A stretch of 42,929 nt of DNA from an uncultured Eubacteriales bacterium (GTDB lineage Bacteria > Acidobacteriota > Aminicenantia > Aminicenantales > UBA8522). The stretch is taken from NCBI GenBank assembly GCA_964551885.1, contig CAZKEW010000002.1, forward strand, positions 1-42,929. The letters are read 5' to 3'. Below the pieces are notes generated by a model. The model was not told the origin of the DNA, did not search any database, and saw only the letters and a list, made by a program, of their open reading frames with translations. Positions 34,353-42,644 of this stretch are shown in pieces (the first letter of the stretch is position 1; every line of letters starts with the position of its first letter). The translations under genes and the position numbers were made by a program.

Positions 34353-34949
34353 ATGAAGAATGTTATCAAAGTTTTGGCGTTGGGCTTCTTTGTGATGTCT
34401 CTCTTTACAAGCTGCGCCAAGCAGCCCACGCAGGAAATCAATGACACGAATGCGGCTGTGGAGGCGGCAGCAAAAGAAGGTGCGAGTGTCTACGCAGCCG
34501 ATGAGCTGAAGAAGCTGAATGATGACCTGACCGCAGCGATGGATGAGGTCAACACGCAGGGCAAAAAGTTCTTCAAGAAATTCGGGACGGCCAAAGAAAT
34601 GCTGGCCAAGGTAAAGGCTGATGCCGATGCCCTGAAGGCCACCATCCCGGCGAAAAAAGAGGCTGCTAAGAATGCTGCTCTGACCGCTCAGCAAGAGGCC
34701 CAGGCGGCAATCACGGAAGCCAAAGCCCTTCTGGAAAAAGCTCCCAAGGGAAAAGCAACAAAAGCCGATATCGAAGCCATGAAGGCTGACCTCAAAGGGC
34801 TGGAAGATTCTTTCCCCCAGATTCAGGCGGCTATTGACCAAGAAGATTATTTTGGGGCCTCCAGCACCGCAGGCACAATAAAGGAAAAGGCAGTTGCCAT
34901 TTCCGACCAGATCAAGGCAGCGATCGAAAAGGTGACGGGGAAGAAATAA
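34353..34949 (+). CDS. Ala/Lys/Glu-rich helical lipoprotein with two DUF4398-like repeats and a C-terminal Lys-Lys
   Basis: 198 aa with a signal peptide and a lipobox-like LFTSC. It repeats the pattern A..EGA..YAADELKKL typical of DUF4398, is low in Gly/Pro, and ends ...EKVTGKK. A strong AAGGAGG RBS is present. Confidence 0.75.
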   Translation: MKNVIKVLALGFFVMSLFTSCAKQPTQEINDTNAAVEAAAKEGASVYAADELKKLNDDLTAAMDEVNTQGKKFFKKFGTAKEMLAKVKADADALKATIPAKKEAAKNAALTAQQEAQAAITEAKALLEKAPKGKATKADIEAMKADLKGLEDSFPQIQAAIDQEDYFGASSTAGTIKEKAVAISDQIKAAIEKVTGKK

Positions 34950-34975
34950 CTCTGCTCTGAGGAATTATTCTTAGG

Positions 34976-36073
34976 TTGAACTCGGTTTCCTTCACCTTTA
35001 TTCTATCTTCGTTATTCTTAGTCTTTACCGCCTGCAAGACACCGCCGGTCCCTCCGGAGGTCGAACAAGCCAAGACGCAAGAAAACGATCTCTGGAGGGC
35101 CGGTGCTCCTGTCTATGCTGCGGAGGACTACGCCAGATATCTTCAATCCCTCGGGCTCGCCAAAGACAGGCTGATCAAGGAAAAGGCTAAAGTCCGCTGG
35201 TTCCGCGACTATGAAGAAGTCAAGGCGAGCTATTTGGTTGTTTTGGCCGAGGGTGATGCCATACTTAAAAGGGTTCAAGAAGAGAAAGAATCAAAATCGA
35301 GAAACCTTTCCGACCGGCTTGGGCTTCTTGAAGAGAGGATCGGGAAGCTCAAGAAGCTGACCCTGACGATGAATGAAAATGACCTTATCAGGCGAAACCT
35401 TTCCCAGGCCGAGGTCGTTTCTAAAGAAGCAGAGATTTTTTTTCGCCAAGAAAAATATAATGACCTCGGCGATAAAATAAAAATGATCGACTTCCATGTC
35501 GCAAGAGCGGAAGAAGCCCTCTTTTCTATTCTCGCTCGCTATGCCGATGAATCCCAGCTGGAGAAGTGGCGGAAATGGGCCGACGAGACGATCGCTGAAT
35601 CGCGAAGAAAAGGGACGACAGTGCTTCTCGTGAATAAGCTAGAGCGGACTTTATCCTTATATAAAAAAGGGAAAATGGTGGCCGTCTATGAGATTGGGTT
35701 GGGAAAATACGGCTTGTCAGACAAGCTCTATGCGGGCGATGAAGCCACTCCTGAAGGGAAGTATAGGGTAGTAAAGAAATTAGCGAATAGCCGCTACTAT
35801 AAAGCGCTCCTCATTGATTATCCGAACGAAGAAGACAAGACCCGCTTTTCTCAGGCCAAGAGAAAAGGTCTAATCCCTCCCAGAGCGGGAATCGGCGGAA
35901 TGATCGAAATCCACGGAGGAGGCAATGACAGCATCACCAACGGCTGCATCGGTGTCGAGGACAAGGTGATGGACCAGATTTTTCCCGAGGTGGCTTTAGG
36001 GACTCCTGTGACCATTGTCGGATCCCTGGAGAGCGCTGATCGCCTGCTCGCTTCCTTTAGAAAATCAACCTGA
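34976..36073 (+). CDS. L,D-transpeptidase (YkuD domain) lipoprotein with a helical DUF4398-like N-terminal region
   Basis: 365 aa with a lipobox-like VFTAC and an N-terminal AGAPVYAAEDYARYLQSL segment. The catalytic context is IEIHGGG....SITNGCIGV. It uses a TTG start. Confidence 0.85.
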   Translation: MNSVSFTFILSSLFLVFTACKTPPVPPEVEQAKTQENDLWRAGAPVYAAEDYARYLQSLGLAKDRLIKEKAKVRWFRDYEEVKASYLVVLAEGDAILKRVQEEKESKSRNLSDRLGLLEERIGKLKKLTLTMNENDLIRRNLSQAEVVSKEAEIFFRQEKYNDLGDKIKMIDFHVARAEEALFSILARYADESQLEKWRKWADETIAESRRKGTTVLLVNKLERTLSLYKKGKMVAVYEIGLGKYGLSDKLYAGDEATPEGKYRVVKKLANSRYYKALLIDYPNEEDKTRFSQAKRKGLIPPRAGIGGMIEIHGGGNDSITNGCIGVEDKVMDQIFPEVALGTPVTIVGSLESADRLLASFRKST

Positions 36074-36077
36074 GAAT

Positions 36078-36725
36078 ATGAAGAAGAAAAAGATTTTGCT
36101 TGTTTCTTTGCTCGGGCTTCTAGCTCTTTTCATCCTTGTCGAAATCATAGCCTATATCGTTGCTTGGCCGAGACGAGCGGCGGAAAAATCTCCTCCCGAG
36201 GAAAAACCGGCCGAAGGGACAAGCGTCGCCCGCCTCGAAGCGGAAAACTCATCCTTGCGCAAAAAAATTCAAGCGCTTCCGCCCAAAGCAGTCTATATTG
36301 TAGTCGATTCAGCCCAAAACATTCTCTATCTTAAAAAGGGGAACGAAACGCTCCGCAAGACCGTTGTTTCCTGCGGCAGCGGCAGCATCCTCGAAGAACC
36401 CGGAGGCAAGCGGAAATGGGTTTTTGACACGCCGCGGGGCGAATTCTACGTCAAATCGAAGATCACCGACCCCACCTGGGTAAAGCCGGATTGGGCTTTT
36501 ATCGAAGAGGGCAAAGAAGTGCCAAAAAACCAGGAAGAACGATTAGAGCCGGGCGTATTGGGCGATTATGCCCTGTGGTTTGGGAGCGGCTACTTCATTC
36601 ATGGGACGCTTTATACCCGGCTCCTCGGCAGGAGCGTCACGCATGGGTGTATCAGGGTCGGAGACGATGACCTGAAGGCGGTCTACCAGGCTGTGACTAT
36701 CGGGGCAAAGATATACATTTTTTAA
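36078..36725 (+). CDS. L,D-transpeptidase (YkuD domain), membrane-anchored
   Basis: 215 aa counted from the internal ATG (MKKKKILLVSLLGLLALF...). It has the canonical GYFIHGT....SVTHGCIRV catalytic motif. Confidence 0.88.
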   Translation: MKKKKILLVSLLGLLALFILVEIIAYIVAWPRRAAEKSPPEEKPAEGTSVARLEAENSSLRKKIQALPPKAVYIVVDSAQNILYLKKGNETLRKTVVSCGSGSILEEPGGKRKWVFDTPRGEFYVKSKITDPTWVKPDWAFIEEGKEVPKNQEERLEPGVLGDYALWFGSGYFIHGTLYTRLLGRSVTHGCIRVGDDDLKAVYQAVTIGAKIYIF

Positions 36726-36727
36726 GC

Positions 36728-37348
36728 ATGCGGATTAAGATAATTTTATCGCTCTTTATCGTCTTTCTTGTTTTTGCTTCCGGGTTTGCCGAAGAGAAGC
36801 CGTCACTGCAGAAGCAAAACCTGCTGCTTAAGGAGGAGCTGGCTCTGGCTAAGTCGCCGGCTCTGTATTTTATCTTTGACCTTAAAGAAAAGAGCATCGC
36901 CCTGAAGTCAAGGGGTATGGTTCTTCAAGAATGGAAGATACAAGGCGTTCATTCTTGGGGAGATCAACCTTTGCTTAGGACTTTGACGCTCGTCAAGAAG
37001 AGCGCTTTATTCGCGCCCAAAAGGAAAAAGATCAAACCCGGAGAGGCCGAACAAGGAAATACATTCGAGCTCGACGCCCTGGAGCTCAAAGACATGCCTT
37101 CAGCTTTTGCCCTGTATTTAAGCGAAGGAATTTACATTTATATCCGGCCTGAGCTGAAGAAGTTCATTTCCAGGATGGGCAATATCGGACATCTCTTTGG
37201 CTGGTATTTTTGGGCCCCTCTGAAAAATTTGGGGTTTGAGCTGCGTAAAAAGCCGTTCACCGCCTTAGATGTAAAATTGGCTAACAAAGAGGAGGCCAAG
37301 GCTTTGTACTGGTCTCTCGCAGACGGCATTAAAGGGCTCGTTTTCTGA
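36728..37348 (+). CDS. Secreted YkuD-like protein lacking the catalytic His/Cys (probable pseudo-enzyme)
   Basis: 206 aa with a signal peptide. By eye it aligns to the preceding LDT (ALYFIFDLKEKSIALK ~ YIVVDSAQNILYLK; EGIYIYIRP ~ SGYFIHGTL; FTALDVKLANKEEAKALY ~ VTHGCIRVGDDDLKAVY). The His and Cys positions are replaced. Confidence 0.55.
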   Translation: MRIKIILSLFIVFLVFASGFAEEKPSLQKQNLLLKEELALAKSPALYFIFDLKEKSIALKSRGMVLQEWKIQGVHSWGDQPLLRTLTLVKKSALFAPKRKKIKPGEAEQGNTFELDALELKDMPSAFALYLSEGIYIYIRPELKKFISRMGNIGHLFGWYFWAPLKNLGFELRKKPFTALDVKLANKEEAKALYWSLADGIKGLVF

Positions 37349-37405
37349 TTATAAAGGCCTTAAATCCCAATAAATAGGCAATTTTAAAATTATTTATAAA
37401 ATATA

Positions 37406-37435
37406 CTTGACAAAATCATACTCAAGTTTTATATT
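37406..37435 (+). promoter_or_regulatory. dnaK promoter (TTGACA-17-TATATT) overlapped by a HAIR-type HspR operator CTTGACA-N7-ACTCAAG
   Basis: The -35 is at 37407..37412 and the -10 at 37430..37435. The inverted repeat 37406..37426 matches the HAIR consensus CTTGAGT-N7-ACTCAAG at 12 of 14 positions. hspR is encoded in the same operon. Confidence 0.65.
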
Positions 37436-37462
37436 AGTATTTGACTAAACAAGGAGGTTCAA

Positions 37463-39400
37463 ATGGCGAAAATCATAGGCATTGATCTCGGCACAACCAA
37501 TTCGGTTGTTGCCATTATGGAAGGCGACAAAGTGACCGTTATCCCGAACGAGGAAGGAGGCCGCACCACACCTTCTGTTGTAGCCTTTACTCCTAAAGGT
37601 GAGAGGCTCGTCGGACAGGTCGCCAAGAGACAGCGGGTTACAAACCCCGAAAACACGATTTATTCGATAAAACGATTTATGGGCCGCCGGTACAACGAGG
37701 TAACCCAGGAAATCAAGCAGGTTCCTTTCAAGGTCGGGCAGGTGTCTAACGGAGACGTGAGGGTTGAGGCCCTGGGAAAACAATATGCTCCGCCGGAAAT
37801 CTCCGCCATAATCCTTCAGAAACTGAAAAAAGCGGCGGAAGATTATTTGGGTGAGAAGGTCGAGAAAGCGGTGATCACAGTGCCGGCTTACTTCAACGAC
37901 AGCCAGCGCAAAGCGACCAAGGATGCCGGGAAAATCGCCGGCCTGGATGTGGTCAGGATCATTAACGAGCCGACGGCGGCTGCCCTGGCTTACGGGATGG
38001 ACAAGAAAAAGGATGAGACCATCGCCGTTTATGACTTTGGCGGGGGCACCTTTGATATCTCCATCCTGGAAGTCGGCGAGGGCATTGTCGAAGTCAAAGC
38101 CACCAACGGCGACACTCATCTCGGCGGTGATGATATCGATCAAATTGTGCAGGACTGGATCGTAGCCGAATTCAAGAAGGAATCAGGCATTGACCTGACC
38201 AAGGATAAAATGGCCATCCAAAGGCTCAAAGAAGCAGCCGAAAAGGCGAAGATTGAGCTTTCGACAACTATGGAGACAGAGATCAACCTCCCCTTCATTA
38301 CCGCCGATGCTTCTGGGCCCAAGCACCTGTTGATGAAAATGACCCGGGCCAAGTTAGAACAGCTCGTCGAGGATCTCATCCAGAGGTCAGTCAACCCCTG
38401 CAAACAGGCCTTGGCCGATGCCAACTTGAAACCGGGGGATATCGACGAAGTCATCCTTGTCGGCGGTCAAACCAGGATGCCCCGGGTTCAAGACCTGGTC
38501 AGGAACTTGTTCGATAAAGAGCCCCATAAGGGCGTCAACCCCGATGAGGTTGTGGCGGTGGGCGCGGCCGTCCAGGGCGCTGTTTTGGCCGGAGATGTCA
38601 AAGATGTTCTGCTTCTCGATGTCACGCCCCTGACCTTAGGTATCGAGACTCTTGGCGGCGTCTTCACCAAGATGATCGCGAGGAACACGACCATCCCTAC
38701 TAAAAAGACTGAAATCTTCTCTACGGCCTCTGACAACCAGCCCAGCGTCGAGATCCATGTCCTCCAGGGCGAGCGAGAGATGGCTACTTATAACCGGACT
38801 CTGGGCAGGTTCCACTTGGACGGGATTCCGCCCGCACCGCGCGGCGTGCCCAAAGTCGAGGTGACTTTCGACATCGACGCCAACGGAATTCTCCACGTCT
38901 CGGCTAAAGACTTGGGAACAGGAAAGCAGCAGGCCATCACCATCACCGGCCATAGCGGCCTCGACGAGAGAGAGATCGAGAAGATGGTCAAGGATGCCGA
39001 GTCCCATTCTGAAGAAGATAAGAAAAGAAGGGAAGTCGTGGAAGCGAAAAACCAGGCCGACCAGTTGGTCTATAGCCTTGAAAAGTTGCTCCGAGAGAAT
39101 AAGGACCGGATTCCCGAGGCAGAGGCAAGCAGTATCAGGTCGGAAATCGAGAACACCAAGAAAGCCATGGAAAGCGAAGACCTCGGCCGGATCCGAAGCG
39201 CCATGGAGTCGCTTTCCCGCGCTTCTCATAAGCTGACTGAGATGATGTACCAGCAGGCCGGTCAGCAGCAGTCATCCTCGGGACAACAGCAGGGTTACCA
39301 GCAGCAGGATTATCAGAGCGGAGGACAGTCATCCGCTCAAGGAGGCGGAGAAGAGGAAGTCATAGACGCCGAAGTCGTGGACGACGACAAGAAGAAATAA
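37463..39400 (+). CDS. dnaK: Molecular chaperone DnaK (Hsp70)
   Basis: 645 aa with [22 protein letters not shown] and [11 protein letters not shown] motifs and a Gly/Gln-rich tail ending [15 protein letters not shown]. An AAGGAGG RBS is present. Confidence 0.98.
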   Translation: MAKIIGIDLGTTNSVVAIMEGDKVTVIPNEEGGRTTPSVVAFTPKGERLVGQVAKRQRVTNPENTIYSIKRFMGRRYNEVTQEIKQVPFKVGQVSNGDVRVEALGKQYAPPEISAIILQKLKKAAEDYLGEKVEKAVITVPAYFNDSQRKATKDAGKIAGLDVVRIINEPTAAALAYGMDKKKDETIAVYDFGGGTFDISILEVGEGIVEVKATNGDTHLGGDDIDQIVQDWIVAEFKKESGIDLTKDKMAIQRLKEAAEKAKIELSTTMETEINLPFITADASGPKHLLMKMTRAKLEQLVEDLIQRSVNPCKQALADANLKPGDIDEVILVGGQTRMPRVQDLVRNLFDKEPHKGVNPDEVVAVGAAVQGAVLAGDVKDVLLLDVTPLTLGIETLGGVFTKMIARNTTIPTKKTEIFSTASDNQPSVEIHVLQGEREMATYNRTLGRFHLDGIPPAPRGVPKVEVTFDIDANGILHVSAKDLGTGKQQAITITGHSGLDEREIEKMVKDAESHSEEDKKRREVVEAKNQADQLVYSLEKLLRENKDRIPEAEASSIRSEIENTKKAMESEDLGRIRSAMESLSRASHKLTEMMYQQAGQQQSSSGQQQGYQQQDYQSGGQSSAQGGGEEEVIDAEVVDDDKKK

Positions 39401-39401
39401 G

Positions 39402-39453
39402 CTTCATCCGAAAGCCGCGTCATTTTTGCCTTGAGAGCAAAGGCGGGATGAAG
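39402..39453 (+). promoter_or_regulatory. dnaK-dnaJ intergenic stem-loops covering the dnaJ ribosome-binding region
   Basis: An outer pair CTTCATCC (39402..39409) / GGATGAAG (39446..39453) competes with an inner hairpin TTTTGCCTT (39424..39432) / AAGGCGGGA (39440..39448). The inner hairpin has three U.G pairs. The dnaJ ATG is at 39455. Confidence 0.3.
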
Positions 39454-39454
39454 G

Positions 39455-40558
39455 ATGAATAAAGACTATTACAAGATCTTAGGAGTCGAGAGAAAGGCCT
39501 CCGCTGCGGAAATCAAGAAGGCCTACCGGAAGCTCGCCCGTAAATATCATCCCGACCTCAACCCGGGTGACAAAACCAGCGAAGCCAGGTTCAAGGAGAT
39601 TCAGGAGGCCTATTCCGTCCTCAGCGACCCGAAAAAAAGAAGCCAGTACGACCAGTTCGGTTTTGTTGGCGAGCAGCCTCCGGGAGGCGGACAGAGGACT
39701 TACAGCTCCGGGTTTGAAGGGTTCGATTTTTCTGATTACGGGACTTCTTCCTTTTCCGACTTCTTCGAGAGCATCTTCGGAGGGGCCTCCCGTGCGACTG
39801 CGGCGGGTCCTGAGCGCGGCGAGGACCTCCATTACTCCATGAGGATTGGGTTTGAGGACGCGATCAACGGCCTTCAAACCCGCATCCAGCTGACGCGGAT
39901 GGTGGCTTGCCCCCAATGCCAGGGCCGCGGTCACAGCCAAGCCTCCGGCCAGCGTCTCTGTCCCAGCTGCGGAGGAAGCGGCCGCACTCAAATGCAGCGA
40001 GGCTTTATGAAATTTGCCACAACATGCCCGGCATGCCAGGGCACGGGGGTGACTCGAGGCGAAGCGTGCCAGAATTGCCGCGGCCAGGGCTTGGTTCAGA
40101 AAACAGAACTGATTAACGTCAAGATCCCTGCCGGAGTCGATACAGGATCCAAAGTCCGTGTTCCCGGAAAAGGGAATGTCGGCAGGAACGGAGGCCCTCC
40201 GGGAGACCTTTTCATCTCGATCGAAGTCGCGCCTCATTCGCTCTTCCGGCGCGAGGGCGCCAATGTTTACCTGAAGCTTCCCATCACTGTGCCTGAAGCG
40301 ACATTGGGAGCCAAGATCGAAGTCCCGACGCTCTACGGCAAGACGACGATCAAAATTCCTCCCGGCACTAAATCAGGCCAAAAATTCAGGCTGAAGGAGA
40401 TGGGAGCACCGGTTCCGGGGCGGAGGACGCGCGGCGACCAGTTCGTCGAGGTCTCGATCGTTCCTCCTCCGTTTGGGGACCAGCGGATCAGGGAGTTGAT
40501 GAAAGAATTAGAAAAGCTTTCGGGCGAAAACCCGAGAGATAAAATGGGGACACACTGA
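39455..40558 (+). CDS. dnaJ: Molecular chaperone DnaJ (Hsp40, type I)
   Basis: 367 aa with a J-domain ([16 protein letters not shown]), a G/F region and four CxxCxGxG zinc motifs ([32 protein letters not shown]). Confidence 0.96.
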   Translation: MNKDYYKILGVERKASAAEIKKAYRKLARKYHPDLNPGDKTSEARFKEIQEAYSVLSDPKKRSQYDQFGFVGEQPPGGGQRTYSSGFEGFDFSDYGTSSFSDFFESIFGGASRATAAGPERGEDLHYSMRIGFEDAINGLQTRIQLTRMVACPQCQGRGHSQASGQRLCPSCGGSGRTQMQRGFMKFATTCPACQGTGVTRGEACQNCRGQGLVQKTELINVKIPAGVDTGSKVRVPGKGNVGRNGGPPGDLFISIEVAPHSLFRREGANVYLKLPITVPEATLGAKIEVPTLYGKTTIKIPPGTKSGQKFRLKEMGAPVPGRRTRGDQFVEVSIVPPPFGDQRIRELMKELEKLSGENPRDKMGTH

Positions 40559-40559
40559 C

Positions 40560-40970
40560 ATGAGAAGAAAAAAGGAGCAAAAAAGCAGCCCAAAAAATGT
40601 TTATCATATAAGCGTCGTCTCCCAGATGTACAATCTCCACCCCCAGACATTGCGGCTTTATGAGAGAGAGGGGCTGCTCAAGCCCTCCCGCAGCCAGGGA
40701 AATACGCGGCTCTATTCCGATGAGGACTTGCGCCAGCTCGAGCTCATCCTCAACTTCATCCGGGACCTCGGCGTGAACCTGGCCGGAGTCGAGGTCATCC
40801 TGAACATGCGGCAGAGGATGCAGCGCATGGAGACCGAGGTCAACGAGCTTTTGGAGTTTGTCAAAAAGGAATTTTTCAGGGGCAAAGAGGATGAATTCGA
40901 ATCCCGCAAGAAAAGTTTGGTGAGGGTGAGCCAGACAAAGATTGTGAAGCTCGGGGACGCCCAAGAATAG
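40560..40970 (+). CDS. hspR: MerR-family heat-shock repressor HspR
   Basis: 136 aa with a MerR helix-turn-helix (YHISVVSQMYNLHPQTLRLYEREGLLKPSRSQGNTRLYSDEDL) and a coiled-coil tail. It sits directly after dnaJ (1-nt gap), and a HAIR operator lies upstream of dnaK. Confidence 0.85.
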   Translation: MRRKKEQKSSPKNVYHISVVSQMYNLHPQTLRLYEREGLLKPSRSQGNTRLYSDEDLRQLELILNFIRDLGVNLAGVEVILNMRQRMQRMETEVNELLEFVKKEFFRGKEDEFESRKKSLVRVSQTKIVKLGDAQE

Positions 40971-40974
40971 GCGA

Positions 40975-41817
40975 ATGTACGACGAGGATTTCCTCGATTC
41001 GAAAAATCTAAAGATCTATCTCAACCAGATCTCCAAATTCCCTATGTATTCAGAAGAAGAAGAAAAGGAGCTTGGCCGGCTGATTCAGCAGGGAGACAAG
41101 AACGCCATCAAAAAGTTTGTCGAAGCAAACCTCCGATTTGTCGTCTCATATGTCAAAAAGTACCGGGGGATGGGCCTGACCATGCTTGACCTCATCAACG
41201 AGGGTAACCTGGGTTTGATCGAGGCTGCCAAACGGTACGACCCCAACCGCAATGTCAGGTTCATCTCTTATGCCGTCTGGTGGATCAGGCAGGCGGTCAT
41301 CCATGCCCTGACCCAGTCCGCCCGCATCTACAACCTTCCGCAGAAGATGTCCGACCAGATCTCGCAGATGAAGAGGAAAGTCTCCCAGCTCAAGGCAGAA
41401 CTCGGCAGAGAGCCGACGAGGGAGGAGACCGCCCGGAGCATGGGGATCAGCGAAGAGGATGTCGAGGACCTGCAAATCTTGGCCGAGAAGGATGTCTCTC
41501 TCAGTGACAGGCTGACGGACAGCGAGCTTGAGGTCGAGGGAAAGATTGAAGACAATGCTTCGCCTTCGGTCGAATACCAGATCGTCAAGTCCTCCATCCA
41601 GCATCAGATCAGGGATATTTTAGGGGAGCTGGATGAGAAAGCGGCTCTTGTGCTAAAATTAAGGTTCGGGCTGGATGATGACCGGCCGCAGACCCTTCAA
41701 GAGATAGGGAAGAGGCTGAATTTGACGAGGGAGCGAATCCGGCAGATTGAGCAGAAAGCCATGAGGAAGCTCGCCCGGTCTCATAATCTCCAGCAGCTTA
41801 GAGGTTATTTGAACTGA
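40975..41817 (+). CDS. Sigma-70 family sigma factor, compact RpoD/RpoS-like (regions 1.2-4.2, no region 1.1)
   Basis: 280 aa with region 2 (LRFVVSYVKKYRGMGLTMLDLINEGNLGLIEAAKRYDP...FISYAVWWIRQAV), region 3 and region 4.2 (TLQEIGKRLNLTRERIRQIEQKAMRKL). No RpoH box is present. Confidence 0.9.
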   Translation: MYDEDFLDSKNLKIYLNQISKFPMYSEEEEKELGRLIQQGDKNAIKKFVEANLRFVVSYVKKYRGMGLTMLDLINEGNLGLIEAAKRYDPNRNVRFISYAVWWIRQAVIHALTQSARIYNLPQKMSDQISQMKRKVSQLKAELGREPTREETARSMGISEEDVEDLQILAEKDVSLSDRLTDSELEVEGKIEDNASPSVEYQIVKSSIQHQIRDILGELDEKAALVLKLRFGLDDDRPQTLQEIGKRLNLTRERIRQIEQKAMRKLARSHNLQQLRGYLN

Positions 41818-42560
41818 TGGCCGAGAAAATTTGCCCCAAATGCGAAGGCACAGGCTGGGTCCTTGAGGAGACGGACGGAAAGTCCCTCGCCAAGCGCTGT
41901 GATTGTTTTTATGAGCGCAAGACCCAGGCTCTCTGGGATCAGGCCCGCATTCCCCGGAGATATCAGAACTGTTCGCTCAAAAGTTTTGAAGTCCACAACG
42001 ATTCCCACCGCGATGCCCTGAAGATCTCCAAGCAGTTCGTCAAAAATTACCCGGCCCAGGAAGTCGGCCTTCTTTTTATCGGGCCCTGCGGGGTAGGGAA
42101 GACGCACCTGGCTGTGGCCATCATCAAAGAATTGATCGAGAAAAAGAATGTTCCCTGCTCTTTTTACGATTTCAGGGAGCTCATCCGGGATATCCAGAGC
42201 ACCTTCACTCCTGATTCGAATCTCACGGAATCCGATGTCCTCGCCCCTGTGTTTGAGCATGAGGTCCTTGTGCTCGATGAGCTTGGAGCCAAACGGACGA
42301 CGGCCTGGGTCGAAGAGACCGTTTTCTATATCATCAATCAGCGCTACAACCAGAAGAAATTGACCCTCTTTACGTCAAACTACTTGGACACCGAAGAGGA
42401 AGAAGACACCCGCGACTCCTTCTACAAGAAAAGCGGAGATACGCTTGTGGACCGGATCGGCGTGCGGCTTAGGTCCAGGCTCTATGAGATGTGCAAGATC
42501 GTCGAGATGTGGGGGGACGACTACCGCAAGATGGCCAAGCAAGCCAGCTACCGGTTTTAA
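41817..42560 (+). CDS. DnaC/DnaI-like AAA+ helicase-loader-type ATPase with an N-terminal Cys-rich zinc motif
   Basis: 247 aa with an N-terminal CPKCEGTG...CDC, Walker A (GPCGVGKTHLAVA), Walker B (VLVLDELG) and the DnaC/IstB-like TLFTSN. Its start overlaps the sigma gene stop (TGATG). Confidence 0.8.
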   Translation: MAEKICPKCEGTGWVLEETDGKSLAKRCDCFYERKTQALWDQARIPRRYQNCSLKSFEVHNDSHRDALKISKQFVKNYPAQEVGLLFIGPCGVGKTHLAVAIIKELIEKKNVPCSFYDFRELIRDIQSTFTPDSNLTESDVLAPVFEHEVLVLDELGAKRTTAWVEETVFYIINQRYNQKKLTLFTSNYLDTEEEEDTRDSFYKKSGDTLVDRIGVRLRSRLYEMCKIVEMWGDDYRKMAKQASYRF

Positions 42561-42603
42561 TTGTCATCGCGAGCGAAGCGTGGCGATCTCATGCGCCAAC
42601 CGA

Positions 42604-42632
42604 TTGAAATTCAACTCGATTCATGCTAAATT
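42604..42632 (+). promoter_or_regulatory. Candidate tRNA promoter TTGAAA-17-TAAATT
   Basis: The -35 is at 42604..42609 and the -10 at 42627..42632, 12 nt upstream of tRNA position 1. Confidence 0.45.
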
Positions 42633-42644
42633 ATGGGCGCCTGC

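Noticed and set aside
40975-41817. The idea that the sigma factor in the heat-shock operon is RpoH.
   Set aside because: It has no RpoH box (Q[RK][RK]LFFNLR-like) in the region 2.4/3.0 linker. The sequence is closer to RpoD/RpoS-type regions 2-4.
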